Source: Spirochaetia bacterium (GTDB lineage: Bacteria; Spirochaetota; Spirochaetia; SP-2023). Taken from it: a stretch of 64,000 nucleotides of DNA. The notes below the pieces were generated by a model. That model did no database searches and had not been told where the DNA came from. It saw nothing but the letters and a program-made list of their open reading frames with translations. The stretch lies in assembly GCA_965225855.1 (NCBI GenBank), contig CBDDCK010000005.1, positions 864,001-928,000 of the forward strand. Reading direction: 5' to 3'. This document shows positions 11,154 through 21,989 of the stretch, in pieces. The number at the start of each line of letters is the position of its first letter. Position 1 is the stretch's first letter. A program made the position numbers and the translations under genes.

Positions 11154-12312
11154 AGCAACCAAACACATCAAAATTTTAGAACAACGTCTAGACCAAACAA
11201 TAATGCTCCTTGAATCTGCGCCACATGTGCGATTAGATCAGTATATTTGTAGCCTAGCTTTGGAAGGCTTAGAAAGCCGCAGCCAACTCAAACGGCTCAA
11301 AGTGCAAGTATTCAAAGATGAAAAACCGTTAAAACTCTCCCATTTGGTAGAAGATGGCGAACAACTACAAATCCGATGGCAGGAAAAACAAGGTTTTGAT
11401 GCAAACATTGCCGTTCCGATGGATTTAAAGATTCTGTATGAAGACGAAGATATTGTATTGTTGGATAAGCCTCAGGGGCTGGCTGTTCACGGGGCTGCTA
11501 GTTTACACGAACCTAATTTAGTACAGGGACTATGCGCCCGTTACCAAAATTTTACACAGTGCTTTGAAAACTTTGAAGAACCCAATCCAAATCAATTAGG
11601 CCATGAATTCCTGCGCCCTGGGATTGTCCACCGGCTGGATAAAGATACTTCTGGGGTGTTGGTCGTTGCGCGCCATACGGCTAGTTTGCGTTGTTTAAGT
11701 GAGCAATTTGCGGCGCGCCAAGTAAAAAAAACATACTATGCCATTACACACGGCCGCCCATCGCAAATGGCGGGGCGTATTGAGCTGCCACTAATGCGTT
11801 CGCCCAAAACGCCCCAGCACTATACCACTTATGAGCCTAGCCGTTTGATTGGACTGTATAGTCAAAGTACTGCCAATCAAGGCAAGGTTGCTACTGGTAA
11901 AGTTCGTGAGGCGCTTACAGAATATGAGGTTGTGCACAGTTGGCAAGTTCGCCGTGTATTACCGGGTAAAAAAAATCAGCAGATTTTTGAACAACAGCAA
12001 TTTAGCCTATTACGGTTACAACCTAAAACTGGACGGACACATCAAATTCGGGTACACCTCAAACATTTAGGCTGCCCAATTGTGGGAGACCCAATTTATG
12101 GCAAGGTACAGCTTGATAGTGAGTTAGCAAACGCCCTACCCAATTTGGGCTTAATGTTACATGCATTCCGTTTGGAGTTTTGCCACCCAAATACATTCCA
12201 CCATAAAGATGGGCAAACAAATAGTGCCCAACATACCCAAAGGGCCCAAGCACCAACACCAGCACATTTTCGCAAGCTACTCCACTATTTGGCGCAAGTA
12301 CAACAAAGGTAG
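10999..12312 (+). CDS. rluD: RluA/RluD family pseudouridine synthase
   Basis: S4-like RLDQY, RPGIVHRLDKDTSG, TGRTHQIRVH, GDPIYG; true start may lie downstream. Confidence 0.85.
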   Translation: MREYCVTVNLSKKQIIQSKEQALKQTLAKQRQKVPEGLSSPSQARRPLPNHKATKHIKILEQRLDQTIMLLESAPHVRLDQYICSLALEGLESRSQLKRLKVQVFKDEKPLKLSHLVEDGEQLQIRWQEKQGFDANIAVPMDLKILYEDEDIVLLDKPQGLAVHGAASLHEPNLVQGLCARYQNFTQCFENFEEPNPNQLGHEFLRPGIVHRLDKDTSGVLVVARHTASLRCLSEQFAARQVKKTYYAITHGRPSQMAGRIELPLMRSPKTPQHYTTYEPSRLIGLYSQSTANQGKVATGKVREALTEYEVVHSWQVRRVLPGKKNQQIFEQQQFSLLRLQPKTGRTHQIRVHLKHLGCPIVGDPIYGKVQLDSELANALPNLGLMLHAFRLEFCHPNTFHHKDGQTNSAQHTQRAQAPTPAHFRKLLHYLAQVQQR

Positions 12313-12576
12313 CACAAAACATAAATTGCTCCAACCTTTAAGCCGATTGATTGTAAAAGGCTAGCTAAACCAACGGCTCACTGCTAAAATCTTTTGCTAG
12401 TACTACAACCCCAAAGGCCACACGCAAAAAACATAATAGGTAATTCCATAGTTATAGATTGTACAAGTCGATAACTATGAACTAGGTCGGCCCATAGTTA
12501 TCGACTAGGTTGTTTCTCAATATTCAATACAGGGCAACCCAGTAATTAGCCAATCGTTAGTAAACTAATAGTTACC

Positions 12577-14958
12577 TTATAACACTACACTAATACTAGT
12601 TGTTGGGTCTTCTGGACTACCAGTTACAAATCCTGCTGCTGCTTCCAGGTTGTATGCACCATTATTATCACTACCACCTTTCTTAAACAGTATCTTATCG
12701 ACTTCCGCTTTTACACTACCGCTTAAAATCATCCTTAAGCCTCCTATACCTGCTGCAGTACCTGTGGCTGTGTCTTCACCTGCGGTTGCGTGCTGGGGTA
12801 ATGTGTATTTCTTACTACCATCACCGGATACAAACGTCAATTTGCTAAAGTCCCACTCTGCAATTGTTGTCGGTAAATCAGTACCAGAAAGCCATAACTC
12901 GCCTTTATCAGCATAGTATGATGCGTTGATGATGCTGGCTGTATACCCACTAACGGTAATAGGGTTATTGCTTGTGTCTGCTGCCCTACCACCTGCAAAT
13001 CCTGCTGCTGCTTCCAGGTTGTATTCACTACCAGTATTTCCTGTAAGACCATTCCTAGACAATATATTCTCGGCTTGCGCTTTTACTCTACCGCTTAAAG
13101 TAATCGTTAAGCTTGTTGCACTTGCTGCAGAACCTGTGGCTATGTCTGCACCTGTGGTTGAGTGCTGGGGTAATGTGTAGCTGCGTGAAATATTATTTAT
13201 TCCAAACCTCAATTTTCTAAAGTCCCAGCTATTCACTGTTGACGGTAAATTAGTACCTGTAATCACTAACACGCCTGTAATAGCATTGTAGGTTGCACTG
13301 GTAATTGCGGGTGGTGGGTTTCCACTAACGGCTAAGGCTTTGGCTGTATTTAAACCCGCCCAAGCACCAGTGCCAACGCTAAGCAACCTATCTTTTCTAC
13401 CATTGCTATCCATACCGGTCTTGCCATTCAGAGTAGCTTTATGTTGATCGGTAAGGTAAAGCCAAAGCGCTGTGCCAGCGCTATGCAGGCGGTACTTACC
13501 TTTTGTAAGACCGCGACTATCTGGACCATTGGCATCCTCATCTGCAATATAGGAACTTAAGGCTAAGCCAGCTACCGTGATAGTTTGGATTTGGGCTTGT
13601 TGCGCACTACCTAAGTGATTACCTTGTATGGTTAGCAGCGCCGTGCCAACATGGTAGGTTGCACTGGTAATTGCGGGTGGGTTTCCACTAACGGCCAAGG
13701 CTTTGGCTGTATCTAAACCCGCCCAAGTACCAGTGCTAGTAAGCAACCCATCTTTTAGACCATTGCTATCCATACCGGGCTTGCCATTCAGAGTAGTTTT
13801 ATGTCGATCGGTAAGGTAAAGCCAAAGCGCTGTGCCATCGCTTTTCATACGGTACTTACCTTTTGCAAGACCGCGACTATCTGGCCCAGTGGCTGTGGCA
13901 GTATAGGAATCTAAAGCTACCCCATCTACCGTGATGGTTTGGATTTGGGCTTGGGTAGCACTAGCTAAGAGAGTACCTTGCAAGGTTAACAGCGCCGTGC
14001 CAACATGGTAGCTTGCACCGGTAATTGCGGGGTTTCCACTAACGGTTAAGGCTTTGGCTGTATCTAAACCCGCCCAACTACCAGTGCTAGTAAGCAACCC
14101 ATCTTTTAGACCATTGCTATCCATACCGTCCTTGCCATTCAGAGTAGTTTTATGTTGATCGGTAAGGTAAAGCCAAAGCGCTGTGCCATCGCTTTTAATA
14201 CGGTACTTACCTTTTGCAAGACTGCTACTATCTGCCCCAGTGGCTGTGCCATCTGCAGTATAAGAATTTAAGACTAGGTCATATACTTTGATGGTTTGGA
14301 TTTGGGCTTGGGTCGCAGTTGTAGGACTTAAGTTAGAACCTTGTACAGTTAGCAGCGCCGTGCCAACATGGTAGCTTGCACGGGTAATTGCAGCTTCAGG
14401 CGACTGCTCTTCAGCTTGTTCGACTTGTTCAGCTTGTTCGTCTTCAGTTTGCTTAGATGGCTGATTGTCATCGGATACTTTAGACTGCTTATCGGGTACA
14501 TTCCTAACGGTTAAGTCTTTGGCTGTATTTAAACCCGCCCAAGCACCAGAGCTAGTAAGCAACCCTTTTTTTAGACCATTGGTATTCATACCCACCTTGG
14601 TCTGAAGAGCAGCTTTATGTGGATCGGTAAGTCTAAGCCAAATCGCTGTGCCATCGCTTTTCATACGGTACTTACCTTTTGCCAGATTGCTATTATCTGG
14701 CCCAGTGGGTTTGGCATCTGCAGTATAGGAACTTAAGGCTACGCCATCTACTACGATGGTTTGGATTTGGGCTTCTGTAGGACTTAAGTCAGTACCTTGT
14801 ACGGTTAACAGCGCCGTAGCAAAGTCGTAGATGGCGTTATTGATAGTCGGCTTAGACGGCCCAGAAGATCGATCATCGTCATCGGGTGGGGCGCAGGCCA
14901 AGGCCATAAAGGCCAGTAGCCAGGCTACTGGCAATAAAAGTAGTTTGAGCTTATACAT
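12577..14958 (-). CDS. Surface lipoprotein with six ~120-aa beta-rich repeat domains (4 type A, 2 type B); adhesin-like
   Basis: Signal MYKLKLLLL...ALAC; GGAGG RBS; repeated 'AITxAxY...TALLTxQG' and 'ITSATYNAxTGVLVITG' units. Confidence 0.8.
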   Translation of the reverse strand: MYKLKLLLLPVAWLLAFMALACAPPDDDDRSSGPSKPTINNAIYDFATALLTVQGTDLSPTEAQIQTIVVDGVALSSYTADAKPTGPDNSNLAKGKYRMKSDGTAIWLRLTDPHKAALQTKVGMNTNGLKKGLLTSSGAWAGLNTAKDLTVRNVPDKQSKVSDDNQPSKQTEDEQAEQVEQAEEQSPEAAITRASYHVGTALLTVQGSNLSPTTATQAQIQTIKVYDLVLNSYTADGTATGADSSSLAKGKYRIKSDGTALWLYLTDQHKTTLNGKDGMDSNGLKDGLLTSTGSWAGLDTAKALTVSGNPAITGASYHVGTALLTLQGTLLASATQAQIQTITVDGVALDSYTATATGPDSRGLAKGKYRMKSDGTALWLYLTDRHKTTLNGKPGMDSNGLKDGLLTSTGTWAGLDTAKALAVSGNPPAITSATYHVGTALLTIQGNHLGSAQQAQIQTITVAGLALSSYIADEDANGPDSRGLTKGKYRLHSAGTALWLYLTDQHKATLNGKTGMDSNGRKDRLLSVGTGAWAGLNTAKALAVSGNPPPAITSATYNAITGVLVITGTNLPSTVNSWDFRKLRFGINNISRSYTLPQHSTTGADIATGSAASATSLTITLSGRVKAQAENILSRNGLTGNTGSEYNLEAAAGFAGGRAADTSNNPITVSGYTASIINASYYADKGELWLSGTDLPTTIAEWDFSKLTFVSGDGSKKYTLPQHATAGEDTATGTAAGIGGLRMILSGSVKAEVDKILFKKGGSDNNGAYNLEAAAGFVTGSPEDPTTSISVVL

Positions 14959-15722
14959 AAGCAATACCTCCAACAATGGATAAAGATTAACCAACCCATA
15001 CGGGCTAGTCTGTAAATCCCCATTTTGCTAGGGGGGGTGTTGCGTCAAGGCCTATACAAGCTTTTTGTAAGTTTTTTTATGTTTGGGCACTTTTTTTGTG
15101 TGTTAGTGTTGTAAGGTGGTTCAAAATCCATGCCAATCAAAAGGCTTAAGGCTATGCGATAGCAAGCACAACGCCAACCATGCCAACCGTGCCAACCCAA
15201 CCATGCCAACCATTGGGCGGTATCAATATATCGCAGTTGGGGTCATCGGCCCGCAATATATAGCCAGATATTGTGCAAGTCGTCTAAAATGCCAGCATTG
15301 ACGCTGTGGGCTAAGGTCAAAGCATCGGCATACTGGCCCTATTTGAGGTCGTCCCAGTTTTGGCTTTCTACGATGTTGTTGGGTTTTAGCAAGTCTATGG
15401 CCTGCTTATTTTTATGGTTTTTAGTGCCTTGCTATGATACATCTCTCCGCCTTCGATCAATACCTTACTCCAATGCGGATCAAGGCCTTGATCGAAGTGG
15501 GAAAGTTATATTGCACCAATGCGGAGTAAGGCATTACTCCAATGCGGAACAATACTTTATACCAATGTGGAAAGCTATATTGTAGCAAGACAGGCGATGA
15601 CTTGTAGATTGGCATCGGCAAACCAATTGCCCAATTGCGTTTGTATGTGCGTTTGTATGGCTATTTCGGCTTGTTGGGCTAGTGTCGGCTTAGTGTGGGC
15701 CGTTCAGCAAGATAACAAGCTT

Positions 15723-16607
15723 TTAAAGAAAATCCAAACCAATATCCAAAATGGCAGCAGAGTGCGTTAGGGCTCCTACAGAAATAAAATCAACCCCTGT
15801 TTGTGCTATCTGGGCCACTTGCTCTAAACGGATACCGCCCGAAGCTTCAACCTGCGCGCGCTTAGCAATGTATTGAACGGCTGCTCTCATATCAAGCAAG
15901 CTCATATTATCTAATAGAATACAATCGGGGCTTGAATCTCTGTGGGCAAAATCAATTTGGTAAAGCTGCTCTAAAGAGTCTAGCTCTAGCTCTACAGCAA
16001 GCATATGACTTGCGTTTTTGCGAGCTGCCTGCAACGCTGGTACAATACCACCGGCTGCAGCAATATGGTTATCCTTAATCATAATCGCATCAAACAAACC
16101 AAAGCGGTGATTGCAACCACCCCCACAGCGTACGGCAAACTTTTCCAACGCTCTTAACCCTGGATTGGTCTTGCGCGTATCGGTAATCAAAGTTTGATTA
16201 TGGGCCACCGCTTGAACATACTCTTGCGTCATACTGGCAATACCGCTTAGATGGCAAAGATAATTTAGTGCCACGCGCTCGCGACTTAGCAATGGCAAAG
16301 CAAGCCCCGAAATTTTCGCTAATACGGTATTAGCCGGTACCACAGCCCCATCTTGCTGGTATAGCTCTACCTGTAGAGAGGAGTTATCATATAAAAATGC
16401 GGCCTTTGCCAGCTCTAAACCAGAGACAACATAATGTTTATTTAGCTGGCCACGCAAGCGCAATTGGGCAACCGCTTGGGTATTGGGCGCAATACAAGCT
16501 TGGCTAGTAACATCACCAGCAAGGCCCCAGTCTTCGGCAAAAGCCGTGCCTAATGCTTGCTGAATAATATGGTTTGCTGGTTGCAAGATTGTTCTCATCG
16601 TTATCAC
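15723..16607 (-). CDS. nadC: Nicotinate-nucleotide diphosphorylase (carboxylating)
   Basis: ERVALN, DTRKTNPGLR, NHRFGL-D-IMIKDNH, LLDNM, EASGG. Confidence 0.95.
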   Translation of the reverse strand: MITMRTILQPANHIIQQALGTAFAEDWGLAGDVTSQACIAPNTQAVAQLRLRGQLNKHYVVSGLELAKAAFLYDNSSLQVELYQQDGAVVPANTVLAKISGLALPLLSRERVALNYLCHLSGIASMTQEYVQAVAHNQTLITDTRKTNPGLRALEKFAVRCGGGCNHRFGLFDAIMIKDNHIAAAGGIVPALQAARKNASHMLAVELELDSLEQLYQIDFAHRDSSPDCILLDNMSLLDMRAAVQYIAKRAQVEASGGIRLEQVAQIAQTGVDFISVGALTHSAAILDIGLDFL

Positions 16608-16645
16608 TTTATTATCTACAAAATTTTATTGGGTAGATATATCCA

Positions 16646-18304
16646 TTACGGGCCGGTTTCTTGCAATATTTGGCTGATAATTTGCCAAGTTAAAAAACTA
16701 CGCCTGCCCTTACAATGATATTGGCCCAACAAGTTATGTAACTTATTTGGCAATACGGGATTGGTTTCTAAATAATAGTGGCTGCCCAGTGATTCTCTGC
16801 GCAATAGAGCCGCGCAAGTAATACTGATAGCCGCAACTAATGAATTATTTTTAGGCTGTGTTGCCAACTGCCGTAGAGCATATAGCAACCCCTCTGTGCT
16901 CCGCTCAACGCCAACGTATGCAGACATCAATGTTTGCGATAAAAATGGCGGTGTTGCTTGGCAAGCATCTGCAATTTTCGTCCCTATAAAATGAGAATCT
17001 GTGTTGGCCCCAATTGTTCCAATCGAAGTATTAGAACAAGGTCGAAAATTAGCAGAAATATCCAGTGCAGCCCAATTGGCCATTACCACAGCTTCGAGCA
17101 AAGAATTTGAGGCTAAACGGTTAGCTCCATGAAAACCGGTGCAAGCCAGCTCACCAATAGCCCATAGCCCGGTCACCGAACTACGGCCTCGCAAATCGGT
17201 AGCAATGCCCCCCATATGGTAGTGGACTGCGGGAATGATTGGCAACAAATCTTCCTTAGGGTTGAGTTTGTGAAATTTAGTAATTTGCCATAATGTGGGG
17301 AAACGCTTGGAAAATTCAGCACTGCTATCGCACAGATGTCGGCAATCGAGAAATGCTGCGCCCGTATCGCGGCGGGCACGAAACACAGCATAGGCGACAA
17401 CATTGCGTGGGGCCAATTCTGCGTTGCCATTGGCCGCACTGTCTTTTAGCAAGAACCGTTGGCCGTTGGCATCGAGCAGAGTCGCACCTTCTCCGCGCAG
17501 TGTTTCACTAATTAAAGGTTGGGGGGACTGGGCGCTCTTGATACTATGGGGCAAATCTAAAGCGGTGGGGTGAAACTGAATAAATTCATTATCGGCCAAT
17601 ACAGCACCAGCTAGGGCTGCCATTCCCAAACCTTGTCCCAAAGCACTGGGCGGATTGGTGGTTGCTTGAAACAATGCCCCAATGCCACCACAAGCCAAAA
17701 TTACTGCCCCCGCTGGCAATTGATAAAACTGCGATTGTTCGAGATTTTGGTAGATAATACCACAAACTCGGTTGTTATTTTGGATGAGCGTATGAGCTTC
17801 CACCCCTTCAAGCAAAGTAATTTGGGGTTGCTTTTTAACAGCAGCCATAAGGCTTTTCATAATCATGCGGCCCGAACTATCGCCAGTGCAGCGCACCACC
17901 CGTTTACTACTGTGCGCCGCTTCATGAGACAAAGCAAAACCCAAATCACTGCGGTCAAATGGCACGCCATAGGCTTCCAATTCGGCAATATGCGAAACAG
18001 CCGATTGGCATATTGCTTGGACAACTTGAGAGTCATTTAACTCGGCACCCGAACTGATGGTGTCAGCAATATGGGCCTCAATCGAATCGTTAGGGTCTAC
18101 TGCTGCAGCAATACCACCTTGGGCCCAAGAACTGGCGTTTTTCTGCCCTAGCCTAGCTGGCGAAAGCAGTGATATCGGCCAAGAACAGCGTTCGCTAAGC
18201 TTTAGAGCCGCAAACAATCCAGCCAAACCCGCACCGACAATGACAATGCATTCGGATTCAGCCGAAGTAGAATAAAAAGGTTGAAATTGGCACATCACAA
18301 CCAA
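16646..18304 (-). CDS. nadB: L-aspartate oxidase
   Basis: GAGLAGL, WAQGGIAA, QFHPT, SE-LRGEGA, HYHMGG, GANRLASNSLLE. Confidence 0.95.
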   Translation of the reverse strand: MVVMCQFQPFYSTSAESECIVIVGAGLAGLFAALKLSERCSWPISLLSPARLGQKNASSWAQGGIAAAVDPNDSIEAHIADTISSGAELNDSQVVQAICQSAVSHIAELEAYGVPFDRSDLGFALSHEAAHSSKRVVRCTGDSSGRMIMKSLMAAVKKQPQITLLEGVEAHTLIQNNNRVCGIIYQNLEQSQFYQLPAGAVILACGGIGALFQATTNPPSALGQGLGMAALAGAVLADNEFIQFHPTALDLPHSIKSAQSPQPLISETLRGEGATLLDANGQRFLLKDSAANGNAELAPRNVVAYAVFRARRDTGAAFLDCRHLCDSSAEFSKRFPTLWQITKFHKLNPKEDLLPIIPAVHYHMGGIATDLRGRSSVTGLWAIGELACTGFHGANRLASNSLLEAVVMANWAALDISANFRPCSNTSIGTIGANTDSHFIGTKIADACQATPPFLSQTLMSAYVGVERSTEGLLYALRQLATQPKNNSLVAAISITCAALLRRESLGSHYYLETNPVLPNKLHNLLGQYHCKGRRSFLTWQIISQILQETGP

Positions 18305-18329
18305 AAAAATTAAGAAAATTTAAGATAGC

Positions 18330-19370
18330 TCAAGAAAGTGCAACCATGAGCTCTACAGCAGCACGGGCTTTTTGGGCGATATTGCCATCCACTTCTACCG
18401 GATTTTTTAAATAGAGCAGACTATCTAAAATATTTTGCAAAGTAATTCGCTTCATATGCGGGCAAAGATTGCAAGGGCGGATAAAACGCACATTGGGGGC
18501 CGTGGCCGCTATATTGGCACTCATGGAACACTCTGTAACTAACATCACTTTGGAAGGTTGCTTTTTTTCTATCCAACCGATCATCGCCGCTGTAGAACCG
18601 GCAAAGTCTGCTTCAGAAATAACATCGGGCGGGCATTCAGGGTGAGCAATAATTTTCAAACCAGGATTATCACTGCGCATGGTTCTCAATTCTTCTGGAC
18701 GGAAACGCTCATGAACTTCGCAATGGCCTTGCCAAGTGATCAAATCAATATCGGGCTGGACTTCTGCTGCAATATTTTGGGCTAAATATTCATCAGGTAA
18801 CATAATTACTTGGCAAGTACCAAATTCTGCTGCGATGCGCCGTACAATATTGGCAGCATTGGCTGAAGTACAAGTTACATCGCATTCGGCTTTAATGGCT
18901 GCACTAGTATTGATATATGTTACCACAGGAAGGCCGGGCCATTGCTGGCGCAGTTGTTTTACATCGGCAACCGTAATAGATTCGGCCAGCGAACAGCCAG
19001 CTTCCATATCGGGTATGAGTACTAATTTGTCGGGGTTCATCAATTTAGAAGTTTCTGCCATAAAGTGAACACCCGCTTGGATAATAATGTCAGCTTCAGT
19101 GCGGCTCGCTTCAATGGCCAATTGTAGACTATCCCCCCGAACATCACCAACACCGTGGAAAATTTCTGCACCCATGTAGTTGTGGGCCAATATAACCGCA
19201 TTGCGTTGTTTTTTTAATTCATTGATGGCCTTTATATAAGGCGCATGAAAAGCCCACTCCATTGGAGGAATTACATTTTTTACTGTTTTATACAGAGGGG
19301 CTAGCTCTTCAGCCAGCAGCTCATCATATTCAAGCTGGGGGCGTTTGATAATCTGCTGAATTTCAGTCAT
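18330..19370 (-). CDS. nadA: Quinolinate synthase
   Basis: ILAHNY, GDSL, GVHFMAET, GCSLA, C-VH, AHPEC, CPHMK. Confidence 0.95.
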   Translation of the reverse strand: MTEIQQIIKRPQLEYDELLAEELAPLYKTVKNVIPPMEWAFHAPYIKAINELKKQRNAVILAHNYMGAEIFHGVGDVRGDSLQLAIEASRTEADIIIQAGVHFMAETSKLMNPDKLVLIPDMEAGCSLAESITVADVKQLRQQWPGLPVVTYINTSAAIKAECDVTCTSANAANIVRRIAAEFGTCQVIMLPDEYLAQNIAAEVQPDIDLITWQGHCEVHERFRPEELRTMRSDNPGLKIIAHPECPPDVISEADFAGSTAAMIGWIEKKQPSKVMLVTECSMSANIAATAPNVRFIRPCNLCPHMKRITLQNILDSLLYLKNPVEVDGNIAQKARAAVELMVALS

Positions 19371-19589
19371 TGGAAAATTTCCTCCTTCTGTGTATATTTA
19401 CCGGAAGATTTTTAATTATAGGAAATAATACCTTCAATAATCTTTTACTAAAGAGATTATAAAAGTTGCGTACAGTCAGGCCAAGTAAAATCCATAACTA
19501 TTTTGTAAACTATATCTATTGCGTCAATAGTCAAAATAGCAATTGTGAAGCAAACGATAACAATCAAATGATAAAAGTAGGATGATTAC

Positions 19590-21368
19590 CTAGCTTTCCG
19601 TTTTTATATGAGAATATTTTTCTAAATACTCGGCGACCAATGCATTAAACTGCTGGCCTCGGTCAAACTCATTTTGAAACATTTCAAATGAAGCATAACC
19701 TGGAGAAAATAGTAAATATTGTTGGCTATAGCTTTGTTTTATAGCTGTTTGGAATGCTGCTTCAAATGCTAAGCGCAATGAAGCAAAACCGAGGTCACCA
19801 TCAGATGCACAACCAAAATAAGGCAAGTTAGCGTTTTGCAAATATTGTATTAAAGTTTGGCTGCCACTGCCTTGAAGCAAAAATAGCGTGTAGTGTCCTC
19901 GATAAATACATAAAGCATTCAGCAGTTTGCTAGGGTCTAAATCTTTGTCTGTACCTCCTGCAACTAATAGGCAGTGCTTAGATTGGCTTACTTGCCTCAA
20001 GTTATGCAAAAATGTTTCTTCCAATATTCTAAAGTTTTTTTCCAAAGTAGGGTTTTGCAAGCAAGCTTCCAAGCCGGATACAGTTGCATCGGGCATGGTT
20101 GCCGTTGTGTCATTGATAAAATATAAAGTTCTATTATTACCAAACTGCATTTTTCCGCGTTGCTCCATGCGAAATGGCACACCAGAAAATTTGCGGCTCA
20201 GTTGGCCATTATCTTGCTCTTGGCAAAACGAGGTCAAGTCAATATTTTGTTTTTGCAAAAAACGATAGGCCATATAAGAGGCAATGCTGTAGTTTTGGAA
20301 ACTATATTGCCCCAATATGGTAAAGTTATCTTTTTTTAGAAATAATTGTTCTTGGGCCCTATTGGCTTGGCTTTCACGAATATAGGCATTGCCGTTTGGA
20401 AGCCAGTATAGTCCCTGCATTCCTTTAGGTAAAACATTATTTAAACAGAAATAATGCAAATGATGCTGGCAAAAATGCTTAAAATCTTTATGGAGGCGAT
20501 GATGGTTTGCATAAAATGCCCGTGTGGCAAAATCCCCCCAAAACTGAGGCCCCAAATACATGGTATCTGTAGGTGTTCCTAACAGTAGTTCGCCTGTTTC
20601 CAGCCGTGCCATATTTTCAAAAATATAAAATTTGTCCATCACATAATGATAAAAACTTGTATAACAATTTTGGTGATCATTTAGAATGTTGCTTAGACAG
20701 GCTTGCCTCGGCCGAAAAAATATTTGCCCGCGGTTTTGTTCTACAGTGCGCAGATCAGCCAGTTGCCAAGATGATAGCTCTAATATCAATGGGCTGCTAT
20801 CGAATTCTGGAATTTTTGCTTGATTTTGCTTGCAGGGCAAAGCAGCCGATAATGCGTAAGAGAGTGGAGAGCAGCCAATATTGCCAGCCAACATGGCTTT
20901 GGGCAGGTATTTTTGTAGAATATAATGTAAGGCATACGAAATGCTGGATTTGCCTTTGGTTCCTGTTATGGCTAGCACTGGAAACTGCGGGTAGAGTTCA
21001 AGAAACAGTGCTAAATCGGTTGTCCAGCTTTGGGCAGCTTGTAAATATGGCGAATGGCTTGAAACACCGGGATTTTTGATCACTAAATCAGCTTGCTGAA
21101 AATCTTTTAACTCGTGAGAGCCCAAGCAGTATGAAAGGCGTTTCTGTGCGTGTTTGTCGTTGAAAGCGTTAGCTAAAGTTATTTGGGCAAAATCGCGCAA
21201 GGCTTTTAAACTACTTGCCAATTTTTCTTCAGAGTTGAGGTCTGTTACCAAGACTTCAGCCCCACAGGCTAGGGCGAATTTTGCACTACTCAAGCCCCCA
21301 CCATTCAGCCCTAGCCCCATAATTACCACGCGTTGATTGAGCAATAATTGGCGAAATGATTGTTCCAT
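19590..21368 (-). CDS. murD: UDP-N-acetylmuramoyl-L-alanine--D-glutamate ligase
   Basis: MGLGLNGGG, ITGTKGKSS, ELSSWQL, NDT-AT, FSPG-ASF-MF-NEFDRG. Confidence 0.92.
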   Translation of the reverse strand: MEQSFRQLLLNQRVVIMGLGLNGGGLSSAKFALACGAEVLVTDLNSEEKLASSLKALRDFAQITLANAFNDKHAQKRLSYCLGSHELKDFQQADLVIKNPGVSSHSPYLQAAQSWTTDLALFLELYPQFPVLAITGTKGKSSISYALHYILQKYLPKAMLAGNIGCSPLSYALSAALPCKQNQAKIPEFDSSPLILELSSWQLADLRTVEQNRGQIFFRPRQACLSNILNDHQNCYTSFYHYVMDKFYIFENMARLETGELLLGTPTDTMYLGPQFWGDFATRAFYANHHRLHKDFKHFCQHHLHYFCLNNVLPKGMQGLYWLPNGNAYIRESQANRAQEQLFLKKDNFTILGQYSFQNYSIASYMAYRFLQKQNIDLTSFCQEQDNGQLSRKFSGVPFRMEQRGKMQFGNNRTLYFINDTTATMPDATVSGLEACLQNPTLEKNFRILEETFLHNLRQVSQSKHCLLVAGGTDKDLDPSKLLNALCIYRGHYTLFLLQGSGSQTLIQYLQNANLPYFGCASDGDLGFASLRLAFEAAFQTAIKQSYSQQYLLFSPGYASFEMFQNEFDRGQQFNALVAEYLEKYSHIKTES

Positions 21369-21498
21369 TCTTTCTGTGATTGGTCTATTCTATTTTCTAA
21401 TAATTCGTTGCACTGGTCTTTTATATTTCTTATACATTTTAAGCTTTATTTTTGCAATGAAAATTTTTGTCAAAAAAATTGCAAAATTATGATTTTTC

Positions 21499-21714
21499 TT
21501 ACAGAACGAAAATATTTTGATCTAAGCTATGCTCAATTTTTGCGAGGGCTTTCAGTGCACCCTCATCGACAGATTCTAAGTGGCGATATGCTTCTATATC
21601 TAGCTCGTACTGCTTGGCCATTTGTTCTTGGCTAAACTGGCGGTCTTCCCGCCAAAACAACAATTCGTCTTTTCCTCCGGGCCCGCCAAAGTCGCTAATT
21701 TTTACTAATCCCAT
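21499..21714 (-). CDS. Small protein, possibly XRE-like helix-turn-helix
   Basis: GGAGG RBS; 'WRE-RQFSQEQMA...Y-HLE' resembles an XRE HTH. Confidence 0.45.
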   Translation of the reverse strand: MGLVKISDFGGPGGKDELLFWREDRQFSQEQMAKQYELDIEAYRHLESVDEGALKALAKIEHSLDQNIFVL

Positions 21715-21989
21715 GATAGTGCGCCTCCGGTTCTATTGCTATCTCCACCGGTTCTATTGCTTTAGCTACTTTGGCTAGCTCTGCTTCGCTTGGTCATTTT
21801 TCTGCAGGACAAATGTAACAGGGTGAAAAGAATAAAACTCAAAAAAAGTGATTCTTTACTAATACTACTAAACTTTTCGGGGGGTTTAGCCAATAATATA
21901 AGTACAAAAAGTAAAACAGCGAAAACAAAGGCGGTAGGCCAACCTTAAAGGGCCAATCACTATAATTGCCAAACCTATACGAGGAGCCT

